A stretch of 64,000 nt of DNA from Klebsormidium nitens (taxonomy: Eukaryota; Plantae; Klebsormidiophyceae). The notes below the pieces were generated by a model, which ran no database searches, was not told the origin of the DNA, and saw only the letters and a program-made list of their open reading frames with translations. Position 1 is the first letter of the stretch; every line of letters starts with the position of its first letter. The stretch spans positions 186,001-250,000 of the forward strand of contig DF236961.1 in NCBI GenBank assembly GCA_000708835.1, given 5' to 3'. Positions 35,738 through 49,167 of this stretch are shown here, piece after piece. The position numbers and the translations under genes were made by a program.

Positions 35738-35835
35738 TAACTAAAACCCCTAACCCAAAACCTTACGCGCTCCGCACCCATACCCACCCTAACCACCAAA
35801 ACCAACCCTACCCGACTACCCGGTCACCGGCCATA
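35738..35835 (+). repeat. Dispersed C/A-rich repeat, copy 2
   Basis: aactaaaacccctaacccaaaaccttacgcgctccgcacccatacccaccctaaccaccaaaaccaaccctacccg aligns with the copy at 49168. Confidence 0.75.
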
Positions 35836-36306
35836 AACCTGATGGGAGACAAGCCCCTTTTACATAACGAGAGTTGCCACAATGTACAGCTACAGGCTAC
35901 GGTACATCATCATGGGGTCCCGACTCCCCATGGACCCATGATGCCAATGGGGAGTTGACAAGAGGATCGATCAGATTGTCAGAGCTCATGGCTAGCTACA
36001 CAAGCTAGCTACAATTGTTGATTGTGAGCTGAGCTGTGGCAAGAGCTGAGCTGCAGGTAAACTGCTCAGCTCTAAGATTACTTAGGAATGCCGCCACCAG
36101 TCGCGCCACCAGGTCCCAGCTAGACAAGGGCACAATTAATGTGACTGTTGGCGTTGAAGCCTTGTTGTCAAGAAGGGACAAGTGTGTGCTTAATTCGATG
36201 TTGAAGAAGAAGCGTTTGTAGGGCCTGCTGCTAGGTTTATTTACGGTAATTGAAACAAGGAGGAAGTTAAGACGGTGCACCTGATTGCAACACCGGCCTG
36301 GGAAGC

Positions 36307-39300
36307 ATGAGGATAGTCGGACTAACAGGCAACATTGCATGTGGAAAGGTACACCTCCCAGGGATCCCTCTCAATTGGCTAGGATTAGGGCTGAATGTGG
36401 GTCTCTGGAAATGCGGGAACTCTCCTCAAAGTTGTAGCAGAACTTTTGAAAACATCAACATTGAGAGGGTACAAACCCTCACTTTCTGCAAAACCATCAA
36501 CGGGCTAGCTGCCAAATCTATACTCACTTTGATGATACCAAGGCGATTGGCAGACCCCTGATGAAGTGCTTTTGACTTTGCTGCAGAGCTGGGTTAGTGG
36601 CGTGCTCGCAGCGAAAGGGGCCCCAATCATTGATGCAGACAAGATCTCTCATGTGAGCTTTCTGAATCTGTCCCGCAGTACATTAAATATTTCAGGATCA
36701 GCAGCTCCTCAACCTTTTCACCCCTTTCTGTGGACCGATGTTTTGTGACATTAGGCGGAGGCTAGCAGTCATAGCAGGTCCCCAAGTTCTGAGCTTATGC
36801 CCGTCTGTCGCTCGAGTGGGATGTGCATCCTCTTCATTGGCTTGTGCACACAAGCGGTTGACGTCCAATCATCACAGGTAGGAAGAGAACATAAGAAATA
36901 ATACTTCATTCTAGTTCTTTTCCCCCAGGACGCGGCGAAGCGGGGCACTCCAGGTTATCGCCGAGTTGTGAAGGCTTTCGGCACTGACTTTCTGCAACCG
37001 GATGGGGAGCTAGACCGACAACGCTTGGGCAACCTCGTCTTCCAGGACCAAGCCAAGAGGAAGAAACTGAACAGGTATGAGAGTTATCTCAGGTAGATCA
37101 GAGATTTTTGGAATGGCTCAGACATGGTCGCAGCTCTTCGATCTCAACGTAAAGTGTCCAGCCTGCAGTAAGCAATCAGATAGAATCGGTTGGGATCCAA
37201 CTTGATCACCGTCCGTGCACCTTTGTGTGTGAACCTCTTTCTTCAGCGTCCTTTCTTACAAAACCCAATATTCGGAGATTTGCCTATCTCCACCTCAAGT
37301 CCACAATCGTCAGTCTGCGTGTTGATCCTGGCCCTCCACCCAAAGGGAAGCAACTACGTCTGTGTCCCTAAAGCTTCATACATCTTTGGTATGACGCCCT
37401 TTGTTGGGTTGCATACAGCAGAGTCATTACCATGTTAACTCAGGCTGGTCAATTAGATTCTCAATTCAGTTTGCCTACGCAACTTATGCCCCTCGTGTAA
37501 GACCACAAGCATGATTTTGAAAAGGCTGACAACCCCAGCATTTGCAACGTGTTCTTGGCTGGTTGTATAATCAACAGGATAACGTCTCGCTTCTTTGCTT
37601 GCTTTTTTGACACTCGGCCAGTAGGTGCATGTCTTCTTGTCTCCTTCAGTGGGGTCTGGAGATTTGAGGCTTTGCTAGAGCCAATCGATTGCATCGACCA
37701 GGCGGCGATTTCTAGACGAATTCTTCAGAACCTTAGTCCTGAGAAATAGAATCATCGGACGGGCCCTAATCCATTGTGAATGATGTCTCGAGCCCTTGAT
37801 TCTCATTGCCAGCATTTCTGTGGTCGCTGGTACTCGGATACGCTTTACGAGATCATCGACCTCTAAGCAATCTTCTCCAGGTTCAAACCGAGGCTGAGAC
37901 CTTTTCTTATTCGTTTTCAACGAGCATAGTTGACCAACCGCAGCTCCAAACGTCGACTCTACTCGAACGCCTTCCGGACTTATCATCCAAGTTGATTGGA
38001 TCAAAGCGTTTCTTTCACAGGAGCAACCTTGTTCGACCCATGCCGTAAGCAGGGTTCTGTGGCTCTCTATTCAGGTATTGTTACGGTTGGGATTCTGACG
38101 AGGCTTACTTTGTTTGCAGCATCCTCCAGCCGTTGATTGGCATTGAGATCGCACGCCAGCTGGCGTGGCACTGGCTCCGAGGCTGCCGGGTTGTGATCCT
38201 TGACGCGCCCCTTCTCTTCGAGGCCAAAATCAGCTGGCTAACGAAACCCATCGTTGTCGTCTCGTGCAACGAGGAAACGCAGGTGAGACGCTCACCCACA
38301 TCCGTTGCGGGCAACAGACCCGCCGGCAATGTTCTTCTTATAAGAGTCTTGACAGCGGGAGACGAGAACGACGGTTAGATCGAGATACCAAGGGAAGAAT
38401 TTAAAGTCTCCTCGCCTTCGAAAGCCCGCGCTGTACGCCGTCAACTACGAGTTCCTCGTCGCTGCTGTCATTTGAGGCGACTGCTGGATTTGAGCCCAGA
38501 TTAGGGCTGCAAGTTCCGTCAATTGACGACATCAGCTACCCCAGTTGCCCCCTTGCATCTTGATTGTTAAGCTCGATGCTTAATGCAGCCCGATCTCCGA
38601 ATCCGAGCTCTGTCTGCTTCAAATGTGCAGCCTTTGCGCATCTTTTATTCTTGACAGCAGTAGACGGTGCATCAAAACAGACGTCCCTAATGCTTTCATC
38701 AGCTGGTCACCCAACCGGTCTCTTTATGTGCAGCGCATTCCGCCAACCTTGGGTGTGAAGTTTGTCGGAGACACAGTCGTAAGTTCGTAAGAAAGTAATA
38801 TGTTCGAGTCAAAAGACAAGTTTGGATCTTACCCCCGCATTCTGTCGTACATGCTCAATCACAGGAGAACCAAGATTTGCGCTTCAACCTTTGCAGCTTC
38901 AACGATTGCGAGCGAGGGACGGACTTTCGGAGCAGCAAGCACGCGACCGGATCAACTCGCAGCTGCCACTGACGTGGAAAGAGGCACGCGCCGACGTCAT
39001 TATCAATAACTCGGGTACTCGGGAGGAAACCCGGACACAGGTCAGTAGACGCCTCCTGATTCACTCCTTGTCAAAAAGACTCCAGATCCGAGTAGGTGGA
39101 TCAAAAGAGATTCGCACTCTTCCACAGCTGTCAGGAAGCGCATGAGTTTGCCAGCAATCATCACTAAATCAGTCGCGACAGAACATGGTTATTTCTACGG
39201 GGAAAGGCTCCCTGGACAGCCGCTCGAATGACTATGACAGGAAGGGAGTTTCAGGGAGTTGTCCTGCTTCTTTTTACCATTCGAAGGATCCCAGATTGCC

Positions 39301-40003
39301 TAGTGTCGCGCCTTATTCTGAGAATATATAGCGAGCTCCATTTTGCGGAAAGGAATTTAGGAATCTGCAGATGCTACCTGCCACGAATCTCGTTACCTTC
39401 CTCGTTTGGTGTTTCTGCTGATGAGTATTGCCACGTCGTGGCAGGTAGTCAGAGGACAGTGTATGTGAACGTCGAGGACCACAATCCTTTTGTAAATTTG
39501 ACGGTGCTCCATCTTGTCGATTTGAAGGCATAAAATGGACAATCCATGTGACTGATCGACTTTTCAAACGCCCTTAGAATGGACTAAGGACCTAAATCCG
39601 ACATGCTTCTGTTATCTGGTCGAAGGTTTCGTTTGTATTGCGGGTCCAGGCTGTCAATCTGCTTGTCCCGTGCTCTTTCCAGCTCGCTTCTGAACACAAA
39701 CTGGTAATGGTTTCCACCATCTGATCAGCAGAGAGCTTTTCGGTTGAAGCCGATGTCGTATGGGTGTATCGATTCTGCTTCCACCAAGGGGTAGCATCTG
39801 CTACCTGCCGATGCTCTGCTGGAGACTCTGTGGTTTGCTCCACCTGACACGTGTCATCACCACGTGTGCGACTCTTGATGCAGGTCGACGCTCTCTGGCA
39901 AAAGATCAACGGACGACAGACTTTCTTCCAAAGAATAACGTCGAGAAACGGGCTGCTCTTCGCAGTGGGGATTCTGGTTGTAGGTTTGAAGATTTTGAGG
40001 TGA
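36307..40003 (+). CDS. DPCK: Dephospho-CoA kinase (CoaE family)
   Basis: Exons 36307-36348 (MRIVGLTGNIACGK, P-loop), 36587-36652 (IIDADKISH), 36929-37074 (GELDRQRLGNLVF), 38120-38282 (VILDAPLLFE), 38897-39040 (LRARDG..RINSQLPL..ADVIINNSG) and 39884-40003 (hydrophobic C-terminal tail), all in phase. Confidence 0.94.
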
Positions 40004-42862
40004 CAGCATTGGGTGAAGGCAGGCTGCACTTTTGCCCATTGCGTAAACCACCTAATTGTCTGCATCATGAGTCCGAACAACATGGCATGTTGTTCGGACT
40101 CAATCCCGGCTGCGCATGCAATGCTTTGATAAATCTTTAGCTACAAATTCAGGCCGGCTCTCACGTGCACTTCATAGGTACGTCTATGTAAACATGATAC
40201 ATGATCATGTGGCCGAATCGGCCGTTGTTCATGAAGGGAGCACAATATTCATGAGCTGTGATTTGTCAAGGCAGGCTCCGCCACATGGTACTCTCAAGTA
40301 CCGTCCATCTTTCGAAATTGTATCGTGCATGATAGGGTCCGCATTCGCACCACGCCAGTGCAATGATCACGCAAGGCATACGCCGTGGGCGGCGTGGCCG
40401 CCTGGGCCGTTAGTGAATCTAAGTTGTATTTCTTGAAACTAGATACGTCCGACTGAAGTGGGGAAGTGTTCATACGGCCACTGATGATAGAGCCGGCCGT
40501 TAATGGCCGTCATGGTCGACCCTCAGCCAAACATCGTAGTATGGTCACCTGATATCGGCGTCCTCCGACTATCATGATCGATAATAGTTGCACCATGCGA
40601 CATTATAGTTATGTACCCAGGCTTTGGCCTGCGTGTTCGATCATGCAACGTCGGACTCATGCTACGGGTTAATTCATGCATTTTTTTGTGGAATCACATG
40701 CAACACGGTTCACTAAATATGTCAAAATGCGATGGTTAATGATGCATGCGCAGCGATGACTTGAGTATCTGGTGACTATAGCTAGCTTTGACCCGCATCT
40801 GTAATCTATACATACTTCTTTAGAATAGTTATAGTTTAAAGCTCAGGTTATAGTAAGAAGGACGCCTGACTTAAAATCTAAACCCAAAGAAGCACCCGCG
40901 GCCTGCCCGTGTCTTTCCTGAAGTAACTGCCCAGTCGCGGCAGCATAGCAAGCAGCTCAGCTGGAGGGTATAAGCCGCCGTTTCTAAAACCCCTCTGATG
41001 GCCACATGATCGATCCGAAGCCCCGGAGATTGACTCGTCGTTTGTTAATCAACGTCACTGACGTTTCCCTCGAGAACTAGATGCAGGCTCTCGAAGCCTG
41101 ACCCCAGAACAAAGTACCCCTTCAAGCTTCGCAATAGTACGGGTATCACATGCAACAGCGAGGCACCGTAGCTATCTTGCAAGGTCCTTCAAGAGTTGAA
41201 TGCAAGGGCAGGTTCAAGCAACGACACTAGGGACCGAGGAAAGCAAGCTTCGAGGATAAGGGAGCATTTGGAAGGGCTTTGAGGGCGCGGCGCTCTGCAA
41301 ACTTAGGGGTGAACCCGCGGGAAAATCCATTCTCGGAGGAATCCACAGCTTCGGAGGAAATGTGAGACAGAATCGGGGTCCAAGGCAACCACACGACCAA
41401 CACAAAGCAGGAATCCACGATCCAAGGAAGAGTCCAGGTTCGGAGAGAGAAAACGCATCTTTGAAGGAAAAGTTACCTAGATTCCGAGAGTCAAATCGCA
41501 TTCCAAGATAGGCCCCATATTACTAGAAGAGATGTCCAGGTGCAGAATCGGTAGCAAATCCTCCGAGGGTCGTGCGCTGTTTCCTGACAAACGCTTCGAG
41601 TTTCCCCTGCTATCGCGACTACAAACGAAGACGCACCTCTCGTCAAGACTCAGAAGCATCGCTCGCCAAGTAGTAGCTCTTAATTCGTTTAAGAGCAGAA
41701 GAAGAGGCTTTAGCCTAGCACCTCGTACTCATCGACCGAGGCTGTTCTTCTAAACGGGCTCTAGGAACGTCAAAGAAACACACACTAGCAGATTTGCTTC
41801 GTTGAGAAGTGCCAGGTGGAAAATGAAGCTAGCTTTTAGAGTCATTTTGACTTTTCTCAATCGAGAGGCCTGCTAAGTTGGCCGCTGACTGCGCAAGAGC
41901 AGCAAAAGAAGAAGCGGGCTTCGCTTGGATTGGGCTCGGCGGCACGGAAGGGTTTTCTGTACAGTCCTTTTACCTTGTTGCTACACTACATACTGGTATG
42001 ATCCAGGGGGGGTTCAAAGAGCAAAGTTTCCATCGCTTTCAGACGACAGTAGGTTCGTCTGAAAGCGATAGAAAGGGTCGTCTGAAAGCGATGTGGGTGA
42101 AATTACCTCTCAGAAAATCTCAGACGGCTGATCGGTATAGACGCGATTGGAGCAAAGTTGTGCAGGAGGACGAGCAAAAGTGATCCAGAAGCGCTTGAGC
42201 ATTACGGGGAGAAAAAGGAGCAGAAGCTCTCCAAGAAGATGTGGTACTTTAAGGTGAATGCAGCTTCATTTTGGGCTTCGTTGTCTGTGCATTCGGGATC
42301 GAAGAATGTGGAAGCCACACGGAGAGTCACAACGATTCTATATTGCAAGTCCTTTGGATGTTGCTGCAAAAAGTTAGACGCATGGAGCCCTCGCCGCCGC
42401 ACATGCAATGCCTCCACACCCTGCCTGACCTCCTGACGGGTTCGTTTCGTGGACAAAGAAAGGACTTCTCTGGCTTCGTTCTAAACTGCGCTTAAGCTAA
42501 ACGCAGAAGCGTCAAGTTTTCAGATCAGGTTGCGGATCAGAGAAAGAGACTGCCCGCGTGTGTGTTGCCATCAATTGGAAATTCTCTTTCGTTTTTGATA
42601 AAGCTGGGCAGGCTGTCAATGCTTCACTTCTTGTTACTCTTCTTGCAGCAAAGTTCGACTTCAAACATCCGTCCTTTCATAGCAGTCACGAACTCCCAAA
42701 CGACACGCACTTGTCCGATGTTGTTCTTACGTCTTGTGGCGCGCCAAGAATATTGTAAAAGAAGGAAATTCAACGTAGAAAGGTTAGCTCTTTGTCTCTT
42801 CACATTTGTTTCTGCAAGTATTGCGAAATTGAAGCACGCGACTTCAACTTTTACAGCATTCG

Positions 42863-45800
42863 ATGCAGGGTCCTCTGCAAATGCTCTTGATCATTGTGAT
42901 CTTAGCGCCAGCTGTATCGGCACGTGACCTGCCAAACCCCGCCGACGGCGCCGCCCAGCTGCCACGTGGCAGGGAACTACTGGGCCAAAGCCCCACCGCC
43001 TGGGACATGGACGAGTGCGCGCGCGCGGGCGCGCTTCGCGACCTGGCCGACTGCGGGTGGGGCTTCGGCAAGGAGGCGGGCGGAGGAAGGTGAGGGACTG
43101 CTTTTACGCTGCTAAACATTGCAAAGAGAAGAGGCACCAGATCCTTAAAGTGAAGTACCAGCTTGACCGTTTTCGTTTCCCGTTTCTATGTAGAGGTCGC
43201 TTTATAAGCGTCCTCAAAGAGTGACGTGAAGGCGTCAGAGTTTTTCGCCTGTCACGGTCCAATCGCATGTTTACTTTGCAGACTGAGGTTCCAAGACTGC
43301 CGTGCTTGCACATATTGAACTGTTGCATTTTGAGTCTGAACGGTCTGCTAGACGGGACTCTCCGACCTCAAACAGGAAAGCATAATAAGCGGAAAAGCGC
43401 GCGCCCGGAACGAAAAGCGCCTAGGACAAGATTGACCTTCAGAGTAAGCATACATCAAATCCTGTCCGCCCTTTCCAGATCTGGGTCCATCTACCAGGTG
43501 ACCCACCTGGGGGATTCCACCGAGTACCCCCAGCCCGGAACGCTGCGCCACGCGCTAACCCGCCCGTACAGCGTGTGGGTTACCTTTAACCCGGGCCATA
43601 TGGTGATCAACCTGAAAGCTTATTTGGACGTTCCCTCGGGGACTACGATCGACGGCCGGGGGGCACGTGTTGAGATCGTGGGTCGGGGGCTGTACCTTCA
43701 GAACAAGAGCAACGTCATCGTGACGCACGTGTCAATTCACGTGAGTGCTTGGTTACGAGATCCTCAGGTTGAAGAATTGACTGGCATCCATCTGGTTGAT
43801 GCCTTCGGCTGATGCCAAAAGGTATCCACTATCCACGACAAACTCTTCGAGTTCTGCTTCAGTAACGTTTCTATGCACAGCTCTTTGCGCGCATCTGAAT
43901 CAGCCCACCGAAACATTTGCGAGGAAGAGATGAAAGATTTTCTGCGACTCAAAGTGGAGAGCTCGACACCATCTTCCTCGAAAGTTCACCAAATTTCATC
44001 GGGGCGCTTCTGTCAGAGATTTGAGCGGCACGTTTGAAATTCTTAGGGCTTGCTTTGAGGAGAAGGAAACGCGTCTACGAGCCCCCGCTTAATCGACTGC
44101 ATGACACACTGCTTCCCGGAAAGATATCGATATTAACAGAGCTGATATGTCAATCAAGCTACAGCAAGATTCGATCCGCTAACACGCTTACGACTGTCTA
44201 AGCGCGCAATTCTAGCAAAGCACACAGTGCCGTACGTACCTGCGGTCTTTAGGATTGCCCAAAACTGCTGCTTGTTGCGACAATCTGGTCAAACCCTCAG
44301 AAAGCCTCGGACCTCTCAGGACTCTCGTCAAAAGCGCATATAAACCCTCATAGTTCATTACCATGAAAGAGAATCGATGCAACGGTACTTACTCAAGTCT
44401 TCAGAACTGTTTGACCGACTGCATCTCTCTCCGGCGGAGCCGCGACATCTGGATCAACCACGTGGACCTGTATCGCGGCGGGGATGGCCTCATCGACATC
44501 ACCAAGACGTCGACACGTGTCACCGTCTCCCACTGCCACCTGCACGACCACCACAAGGCGATGCTGCTGGGCGCGAGCAACGAGAACGTCGAGGCGAGCG
44601 ATTCAGCTCGCGAACGCAGTCTAGATCTTCAGAGTGTTTCGGAGGGGGTTCGGACTTGCTGTAGGGGCTTTCGGAAAGTGCTTGCGGACGGCTGACTTCG
44701 AAAAGTTTGTTGCTGTGCGGTCGGGCGACAAACTTCTCCGATGAAAAGAGTCTGTACAAGAACCTTTTCTGCGCGCGTGACGAAAACGCTGCGGCGGGGG
44801 AAAGCCGTTTGCAAAAGCCTGTGGGGATTCCACAGAGGTTTTCAGAAGGGTTTTCATGCATGATTCAGACGCTTGTCAGGGGTTAATCCGAACGATTCAA
44901 CGCGGTTTTAGAGGGTTGGATTCTCTCCAAGCGGGCGGCAGACTTGCTGAGTGAAAGCGAGATTGTAAAAATTCATTTTGCCCCGCAACGAGAATGTGTA
45001 GGTAAGCGGGAGGGTCTTTCAGAACCTGCAACTCTCGCCACTAAGACTGCTTCTCTGGGCATGATTTCGTGGGCATTGTTAACCCGGCTTTACTCCTTCA
45101 AAGTACGCTATTTGAGCTGAGAGAAAAGAGCGGCCTTCAGGAAGAGATAACTTCCATTCATTGTCGATAGGACGCTGCGATGTACGTGTAACTCAACCCC
45201 GAAGACTCGTTAGCTTCCCTTTACGCAGCGGTTTTTTCTGCCATATTGGACGGTCGACCTTCCTCGCAGGACGCGTCGATGCACGTGTTTCTCATCCGCA
45301 ACCACACGTCAGCTGCCAACGTCATGTTGCCGGCTTAAACAGTCAGCTGTATGCACTTCATGGATCGGACGGTCGTCCTTCTTTGCAGGACGCCTCTATG
45401 CACGTGTCACTCATCCGCAACCACTGGGGCCCGCGGCTGATATCGCGGATGCCGCGACTCCGCTTCGGGACGGTGCACTTTGTCAACAACTACGTGGAGG
45501 AGTAAGGCGACGAATACTTCTTCTTTGTGAAACTGAGGAGGATAACTCTGTCTGTTGAGCACAGGTGCAAAAAGTACGAAAGACACGTCGGAACACTTTT
45601 TGAAACCTGAGCACTCTTCAGCACCTTCGTCCGTACAAGGTCTGGGAATCTATCAGTTTCCGGCTAATTTTGGGGCGGTCAAAGCCTCAAAGTCTGCAGA
45701 CGAAACGCTCTGCATCAAAGCATCCACGTCCATTCGTAGGGTGTCTCATTCCTTTGAGTCAGTCTCAAGGAGTCTTTGACATTGGTTCCTCGATGTCCTC

Positions 45801-46853
45801 TCTATAATGCTGATTTCTTTCCAATCTTTTTTTCAGTTGGGTCGCAAACGCCATTGGGATTGACGACACGCCCACGCTCCTGAGCGAGAACAACTACTAC
45901 GAGGCGAGAAGCAACCGCGAGGTGGGCTGGATACTCCGATCTAGTTTCCAGAAGCCCCGTCATCTTCCTTGCTCTTGGCAGAGTGCGTCTTTCTGGGAGA
46001 ACTCAGCAGAATGAGCGAAAGCGGAGAACTTTACTTAAGTCTGTTTGAAGAGCACACGCGCTCGTCTTACATCCCAACTTTGCCAGTCTTGCCCCCTTCG
46101 ATCAGCGACTCTTCGATGCAGTCTTCAGTCCGAATACAGGGCACGGAAACCCTCCAGAAGCTCTGGTAAATGCGCCATTTGAATCCTCAAAGGAGGCTTT
46201 CCAGTGGATGCCCCTTCTATATATGGCCAGGCCCGTGGCGCCCGATGGCAGTTCTAAACGGTGGTTCGTCTACAGACAATTCGCCTTTTGAAGATCTCAA
46301 AGAAGTCGGCATGGTTAGCCTAGCAGGAACTTCGGAACCCGCGCCGGTCTTGCCACCAGAATACCAGATTCTAGCCGATCTGGACTCTTACATGTAACAA
46401 GCTTGCTCGTCAATCTCGCGGTGGCCTGTCGCCTCCGCTGAGCAAATCTCCTCGGCTGATGACAATCATGCGTTTTGCCGCCCCTCGGAATCCTGGAGAG
46501 ATCGCTGTTTTGGCGAGAGAGGCCAAAAAGAGCTTTAGTCTTGAAGACCCTGCATTGTTCCTGCGCAGGTGGTCAAGTATTGGAGCTCGGGGGGCAACCT
46601 GACGACTTTCGGCGACCACTTTGCGAACGGCGCATACTTTGTGGAGTCTGGCAGCAAGGACTACGTGCCGCCCTATCCTTACAACTGCGCCCCGGCCGAC
46701 GAAGCCCTGCGGGACTCCGTTCGACGGACGGCGGGCTGGATTCCGGTTTCGCTGCCTCCTGACGTAGGCGGAAGCGGAATTGGTGAGACGGATGTGGAGG
46801 CGTCAGATACGACCATGCTGATTGATCAAGACCTGCAAGCAGATTCCGATTAG
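42863..46853 (+). CDS. Secreted pectate lyase (polysaccharide lyase family 1)
   Basis: Exons 42863-43089 (signal peptide), 43479-43740 (PGTLRHAL, TIDGRG), 44405-44593 (IWINH, DGLID), 45389-45501 (RMPRLRFG, NN), 45837-45921 and 46569-46853. The intron 44594-45388 has a GC donor (GAG|gcgagc), which gives gap-free spacing with the PL1 LLGxxxxxxxD pattern. Confidence 0.92.
45150..45310 (+). repeat. Two degenerate copies of the pectate lyase acceptor plus exon start
   Basis: tag|gacgctgcgatgtacgtgtaactca (45171) and ggacggtcgaccttcctcgcag|gacgcgtcgatgcacgtgtttctcatccgcaaccac (45270) vs functional ggacggtcgtccttctttgcag|gacgcctctatgcacgtgtcactcatccgcaaccac (45389). Confidence 0.85.
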
Positions 46854-47948
46854 AGAATCGAATTGAAGGGACTAGATTGTTGTTTATAGGCTCCGAATAT
46901 ATATAGACACTTTAATAGCTAGCTAGTGTAGCCTTTCTACAAGGCATGCGCACATGTAACGGCGAGGTTACTATGGAATCCCAAAGTAGCTCGTAAAACT
47001 TGTCCGAAATTGCATGTGTATGTACCGCCCACTTTGAAGTTTTGCCAACTGGTCTTTGCAACTAACTTGCACTTCCTAGGACCAACAGAGAGGCTTTAAT
47101 TGCAGGCAGACTCAGAGGAGTACTGGCTAGTTCTCTGTCAAGCTTGCAAGACACTTGTTGATTTGGGATCAGATAAATTGAACGTGCCCATTATCAGACA
47201 CGATCGCAATGATGCATAGAAATAAGTTTGTACTGCTTCAACATATCACATGTATGGGAGAGGCAGTTGTCTTGCAGCTAGACGCCGCGATGCATTCACT
47301 TTCGCAAACCCTTGGCACGGTGTGCTTTAGTGCTTGGTCACCTTTGGCACTGACGGTTTCCCTCTATAAGTTGTCGATATGTGCATTTGATATTGGAACA
47401 AACATTGAAGACAACGATTAAGCTGTGCTGCAATAATTGATTGGTGCTCAGAGTCAGAGCTCTGCATTCTTATGTAACCGATCTGACGCCTTGTGCATGC
47501 TAACATTAACATGTCTGACATCTGCTTCGGTCGTAACGTTGATTACGTCGTACCTATATTTGTCATAACAATTACGTACATATAATACGTGGCAGACATT
47601 TGCGAATCGAAGTTTTATATATCGACGGTTCAAATCACTTGTTCGACTTGCTTTTATCGAAATGTGGGGCCGGATATAGCCGACATGAGAGTACGGTAGG
47701 TACAAAACTAGGTACCTACCTATATTAGTGTTCTGTGCCGAGTCAGTACGTCCCGGAGACTTGTACTGGCGCGCGGCAAGCCGGCCGCGCGTGTGCCATA
47801 GTGCCCGGCCGTGCTTGAAGCGTAAGATTCAAATTTGTAATAAGTTTGACCGTCCGATCACAACTCGCTGCGACCGCGTGCATCAGCCGGCCGGTATCAC
47901 GCGAAATGCACCACAGTAAAACGTACAGTTGTCGCCGTAACTTGCTGG

Positions 47949-48362
47949 CACTGACGCAAGAGGCACCAAGTCCCCGAATAAATTTTGGTAGAATCGGACG
48001 CGGTACTCGATGGTTCGGACGGGGTCGGACACTCAATTCTGGTCGGGTAGCCTCAAAGCACACTAAAAACCTAAGACCAATGGCTTTGCCGTTAGTGGGA
48101 ACCCTAATCGTAGAGCAGTCACAGGGAAGGATTGTAACCCTAACAAACCGTCACAGGGAAGGGGCATAACCCTAACACACAGTCAGTGCTTTGTGACTTG
48201 ACCCTAAGGCTAGTACGAGTGCCCGGTTGAAGTCGTAGGACTAGGTCCGGTCCTCGTACAATTTCGCGCGGTGGGTACCGTTCCCGTCGATCGACGGTTT
48301 CGATCGTCCGTCTCCAACTCTACCAAAATTTATTCGGGAACTTTGTCCCTTTTGCGGCACTG
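47949..48362. mobile_element. Non-autonomous TIR element (MITE-like), about 414 bp, older and degenerate
   Basis: Left end cactgacgcaagaggcaccaagtccccgaataaattttggtaga pairs with the reverse complement of the right end, cagtgccgcaaaagggacaaagttcccgaataaattttggtaga (inner 24 bp with 1 mismatch). Flanks gctgg / actgg are a possible degenerate 5-bp TSD. Confidence 0.7.
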
Positions 48363-48412
48363 ACTGGTAGGACGCCTAAAATGATTTAATAATCTGCTTA
48401 TACATGCACGAC

Positions 48413-48929
48413 CAGTGTTTCCCCTAATTATTTTGATTGCTGGCCGCCGGGCCGGCCGGGGCCTGAGTTTGCCGGCCCGTTCGGGCCGGGCCGAGGTCGC
48501 CATTGCCGGCCCAAGTCCCACCGAAATATATCGACTTTTCGCGCGCGCACCCTATATTAGGATTTTTCTACAATATTTTTTCTTGTTTTGTTTCTCTCAT
48601 AAGCCTCCAGCTTTTTAACGTGTGAAATATCGACCAACTTCCTACCTGACCTACCGACTCCCGAGGGACTAATATGGGCTAGTTCTGGAAAGAAGTACCC
48701 GGGGAAGGGTTTTTTTGGGGACCAAAACCTTAATTTGTCATCAAATCCTGACCGTTTCACACACTAAATACGATGACAGGGCCAGCTAAGAACTTTCATT
48801 GCCGGCCCAAGAGGCCGGCCCGTGCCCCGCAATGCCGGCCGGATGGGCCGGAGGCCGGCCCCCATTGCCGGCCCGGTTTGACCATTGCCGGCCATTTCAC
48901 CAGAGAGTGGGCCGGCAGGGGAAACACTG
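48413..48929. mobile_element. hAT-type MITE, 517 bp
   Basis: Perfect 13-bp TIRs cagtgtttcccct (48413-48425) / aggggaaacactg (48917-48929), a perfect 8-bp TSD tgcacgac on both sides, and repeated subterminal cattgccggccc motifs. No transposase ORF. Confidence 0.92.
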
Positions 48930-49167
48930 TGCACGACTGCAGTTCTTCAGTACTGAAGCATGCACTTCTACGCTGAGTCGCTGTACTGGACATACGTACT
49001 ATCAACCTGGCCTGCTGCGTCGAGCCTCCGCCGAAGAGGCCGATCTAGGTTCCGCAAATTTGGTTGAATCGCAAGTGTCCAACAGAACTGGTGGCCAACG
49101 ACGATATTAGTCTCGAATTTCTGTTGACTTAGGTGTATGTTGAGTTGGCTCAATTCCCCGGGCTCAA

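Noticed and set aside
40116-41200. Possible second SET or transposon remnant (CNDHAR..PGPLVN)
   Set aside because: Similarity is too vague to support; the region looks like eroded repeat DNA but no family could be assigned.
42158-42260. Exon-like segment (SDPEALEHYGEKKEQKLSKKMWYFK with flanking splice signals)
   Set aside because: No compatible neighbouring exons or family match could be identified.
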